From the NCBI RefSeq assembly GCF_964355755.1, contig NC_092670.1:1788201-1852200 (forward strand): a DNA stretch of 64,000 nucleotides. Direction: 5' to 3'. Below the pieces are notes generated by a model. That model made no database searches and had not been told where the DNA came from. It worked only from the letters and a program-made list of their open reading frames with translations. How positions within the stretch are numbered: position 1 is the stretch's first letter; each line of letters begins with the position of its first letter. Shown in pieces: positions 60,082 to 64,000 of the stretch. The position numbers were made by a program, and so were the translations under genes. This DNA is from Antedon mediterranea (Eukaryota; Animalia; Echinodermata).

Positions 60082-63036
60082 TTATTTACTTTTTTCGCCA
60101 TCTTCAGTCGAATATAATTTCCCTTTAATTGTCAATAATGTTTGTGTACCTTTATTATAGCATGGTATATTTGATGTTGGATCCACCTGACTACCTAGCA
60201 ACCAGCTCAGACGATCGTTCAAGTAATTTTTAAGGCCTGGTGGGAAAGGCAGCGCAGTAAGAACGTTCTTCTCCACTGGTATGTTTTTACGTAGAACTGT
60301 GCAGCACATAAACTGTAAACTTGAGGGATACGAGACAGCTTGTACTAAGCGCATGCTTGAGCGAGCAGCGGTCGAACAAACCATTGGGTACCATGACTTT
60401 CCGACCAATCCATTTTTTGCCGTTCCTTAAAAAAATTGAATTCAAAAACATTGATGGAGCAGTTTATTATGGGAAATTTTTCAATTTTTCATCATAATCA
60501 TATAGTTTTGTAAATATGTTTAAATTGAGGGTTCTGGTTAATTTTGTAAAAGTCTAGCAAACTTGTAGAACAAAACTTTGAGGTTAAGATCTAGATATCC
60601 AAGTATTTTTACTTAAAGATCAAAATGAAGGTCAAAATATTCTAAATTTAAATTGGCCATATCAAAGTAATATTAAAGTTATTCACCTTAAGTCGAAAAT
60701 TCGAGCCAAAAACAACAATTTTACGTAATTAATAGCTAAATTAATTTGATTACATTTCGTCTGAATAATCGTCCCGAGCGAAAGTAAACAAAGATTTCAA
60801 ACCATGAGTATACATTATGCATGATGCTAATTCAAATTAGGATTGTTTACAACTGGTCACGGATGAGAAGGTGTATTCACACAGATCGCGAGGAAGTTTT
60901 ATGATTATGCATACAGAGTAGCCAAATAAGCGCTTGCATTATGAGATATGTTTTGATAGAAAAGTTATTTTTTGAACCAAAAAACGTCTGTATTTAAGTT
61001 AAATTTTTTTTTTTCGACTCATTTTTGGTGAAAATTAATAACTAATATTATGATACTTCAAAATGACCCACTTTTTTTCGAAATCTTTTTTTTTTTTTGA
61101 ATTTGACAAAGGGACAATACATCTTTAAACTTAAGGTGCCCTTTTATAAATAACTCACCCAAGCGTTGGCCATTTTTATAGAAACTTAAGGTGCCCTTCC
61201 ACATGTCAAGATGTACACCAATCACATCTGTCTGGCCAAACTTTCCACAAAACACATTTGTGGAACCTGCAAAATGGAACGCTCCAGTGTACGACAATCC
61301 GCAACTTTCACCGTTGTTATCATTACCCAGAAGGCTACAGAACGTCTGGCTATAATCATTGAAGTTAATTTCTTTTGTACCAATGCCAACCATCTACAAA
61401 ATACCATGATCGACACTTAAATATTGTTTTTAAAATTAAATCTTGTTAATGTTACTACTTGTTTGAGGGATTGTGGGCACCTTTAAGGTATTATGGTCAA
61501 CTGTTGTGATTCAAATCCTGGACTGTTTGTGCCAATAAAATAAATGAAAAACATTTTTTCCTCACCATATCCGTTCCATAAACAGAAGATACCATTTTTA
61601 TCTCCCAATAATGTTGCCCTTCTCCCATTTCCATTGTCCCCCGACATGCGGCCGTTCCGCAACTATATTCCAGATGAAAATTGACTTCCCGTTCATCTAA
61701 TGTCACATGACTTGCCGTTGATTTAGACTCCCTATCCCAGACCCAATCAAAACCTAGGTAAACAATATTTAAACTTTTTTATTAGATACAGTAATTAGAT
61801 TCATCAAAAGGTTTTGTCACTAATATCTAAATATTGTCTAGTTATTTGTATATTTTTGCATGTATATTACACTAGTATATTTTATGTCTTTCAACCATGT
61901 TAATGGTGACGTATGGTCACTCTAGGGTGATGATGAAATAAAAAATAACATCAGCAGCCATTTGTTTATCTTTCTCTTCAATGACTCGTGCTTTTTTAGC
62001 TGTTAATTAATGTGTCTGTCTCTTATTATTGTTTGAAGGGTGGACAGTGCAATATTTGTTAGGCTTATTGTCATCCTTTCAATATTTCTGTATTTTTAGG
62101 TTTTTAGTAATTCCATGCTTGTTTTGCTTGACCATTCATTAACCAATTTGCTTTGACCATGGAAATTCTTATATAATTGGAACTCTGCCAGGTGACCTTA
62201 CAATTAGAAATCAATAGGTAAAATGACCTTCACCTACTACCTAAGTAAAAGTTACTTTCTATTGTTTATTTACCAGTACCAGCTATTATTCAAAGTTTAA
62301 TCATTTACAATAATATAACGTAATAATAGACAAGAATATATTATGGAGCTTCAATATTTATAATACTAATAACCACTCTCTAGCCTACCAACTGTTTTGT
62401 TATGTAAATTATACTATTTATTCGGTATTTATACTATTATTACTTATTATTAGACCTACCTACTCTATAGAGGCTAAATCGTAATGTGTGTAGTTATCCG
62501 TGTAGTAATAGTATTATTACCTAGCTAAAAAATATGCCTACAGTAGCTAGTCTAAGGATCATATTAATATTATAGGGTAGGCCATCCATAGCCCATAGTT
62601 TTCCTACTGAAAAATATGCCTACAGTAGAAAAAAAAATCCACACAAAAAAATTTTTTTCTTACTTCTTTTTGCTTCATCTTCTATCGCTGCAAGATCAGA
62701 AGTTGTTGCTTCATTTTCTTCTGGATTATGTGAAGTTTTGGCTGTAAAATAACAACGTAAACTCCTTCTACTCATCTCCCCCTCATTTTCATCACTGTCA
62801 GAGTTACTATCCCTGCCAGGGCTAGGCCTATGACAGCGTTCGAGTCGTCGTCGTTCCATCCTCCCTCTTCTTGCGGTGCTGGTGGCCGCTGAACATTCCA
62901 AATCATCATCTTCCTCCTCGTGGCCTAGCCCTGGGTTTCTCTGTTGTCCGTCTCGATTTCTGGAAAACGAGACTTCTGTTTGAGACTCGACCTTTTGGCA
63001 TTTCGTGGTATCTCTATCAGTCTTTTTGTCAGCCAT
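60082..63036 (-). CDS. SPSB3: SPRY domain-containing SOCS box protein 3
   Basis: Exons about 63036-62664, 61753-61566, 61393-61158 and 60427-60082: [58 protein letters not shown], and SOCS box [15 protein letters not shown]. Confidence 0.93.
60617..61124. mobile_element. Kolobok-like MITE in a SPSB3 intron, same family as 17734-17930
   Basis: TTAA flanks; right TIR gggacaatacatct; left TIR partly deleted. Confidence 0.8.
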
Positions 63037-63241
63037 TACGGAGTTCCTCTTCAAAATTCAAACATATTTATTGAACTTTCATTCACAAAAATCAACAAAA
63101 CAAACAAAACGCATTTCATAATTCTTCATCCATCAAAAAAGTAAAAGTGCGCCCTCTATAAAAAATATATTCACACAATGTCGTTTTGATAATTCATCCA
63201 AAGAAATTAAATTATCTTATTAGTTTTTCTTTACTTATTTA

Positions 63242-63565
63242 AATTACATGCCCATTCATATAGTGAGTAATCTTTGGTATCCTCATCTTCATCCTAATTA
63301 CATGCCCATTCATATAGTCAGTAATCTTTGGTATCCTCATCTTCATCCTAATTACATGCCCATTCATATAGTCAGTAATCTTTGGTATCCTCATCTTCAT
63401 CCTAATTACATGCCCATTCATATAGTCAGTAATCTTTGGTATCCTCATCTTCATCCTAATTACATGCCCATTCATATAGTCAGTAATCTTTGGTATCCTC
63501 ATCTTCATCCTAATTACATGCCCATTCATATAGTCAGTAATCTTTGGTATCCTCATCTTCATCCT
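63242..63565. repeat. 54-bp tandem repeat, 6 near-identical copies, upstream of SPSB3
   Basis: Unit aattacatgcccattcatatagtcagtaatctttggtatcctcatcttcatcct. Confidence 0.95.
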
Positions 63566-64000
63566 CTCTATCCTATTTTTCTCCGCGACCAAAGCTGTAC
63601 GCGTTTTCCATAGCAATTTTCTTTAAAACATGCATGCCGCACTAATGAGTAGTAGTAGACAAGTAACACAATTATTACTTCAGTTATACTAAAAGTTCAA
63701 TATAAATAAGTTTTCCTCTAACAAAAGATTGAGCATTATTGAACTTATTCTTTGAAGTAAGATGATGGTATGGTCTGGTTATTTTACTAATGTTATGATT
63801 TGTTCATTAAGTTTTTTGGATAGCGATAATATGTCTCTCTACATGTTGCAATATATTTATTGGTACATAATAACGTCACATACATTGAACATTACCTTTC
63901 AGTTTTGTTTAAAAAAAAACCAAAAATGATTTAAAAAAATATAAGCATAGTTCACTATAATATCTCTATGATATAAGTCAAAGTAAAAAGTAGTGGGTAA

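Overview
AT-rich, intron-rich animal genomic DNA, probably an invertebrate deuterostome (taxon inferred, not proven). I assembled host genes by hand from GT-AG exons. They are: the 5' part of PITPNC1 (minus, runs off the left edge); a single-coding-exon ankyrin-repeat gene; a secreted GH18 chitinase with two catalytic domains, Pro/Thr linkers and a CBM14; METTL22; a second, diverged single-domain chitinase; a METTL22 pseudogene; EME1/2 with an apparent N-terminal CUE domain; and SPSB3. The chitinase-METTL22-promoter block (about 18.3-28.05 kb) is duplicated at about 47.8-53.7 kb. The roughly 20 kb between the copies is mostly transposons: a nest of up to five tiers, a satellite, a Kolobok-type element and a young Ty3/Gypsy element. 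Main leads: (1) the double-domain chitinase looks like a gene fusion made by a microhomology deletion between a MITE and a CBM14 exon; (2) the duplicated chitinase keeps its catalytic motif but has lost substrate-cleft tryptophans; (3) the duplication split a METTL22/EME1 bidirectional promoter; (4) a minisatellite is built from a splice acceptor. There are no CRISPR arrays or prokaryotic features, and many listed ORFs are tandem-repeat artefacts. Coordinates were read by eye and may be off by a few bases.
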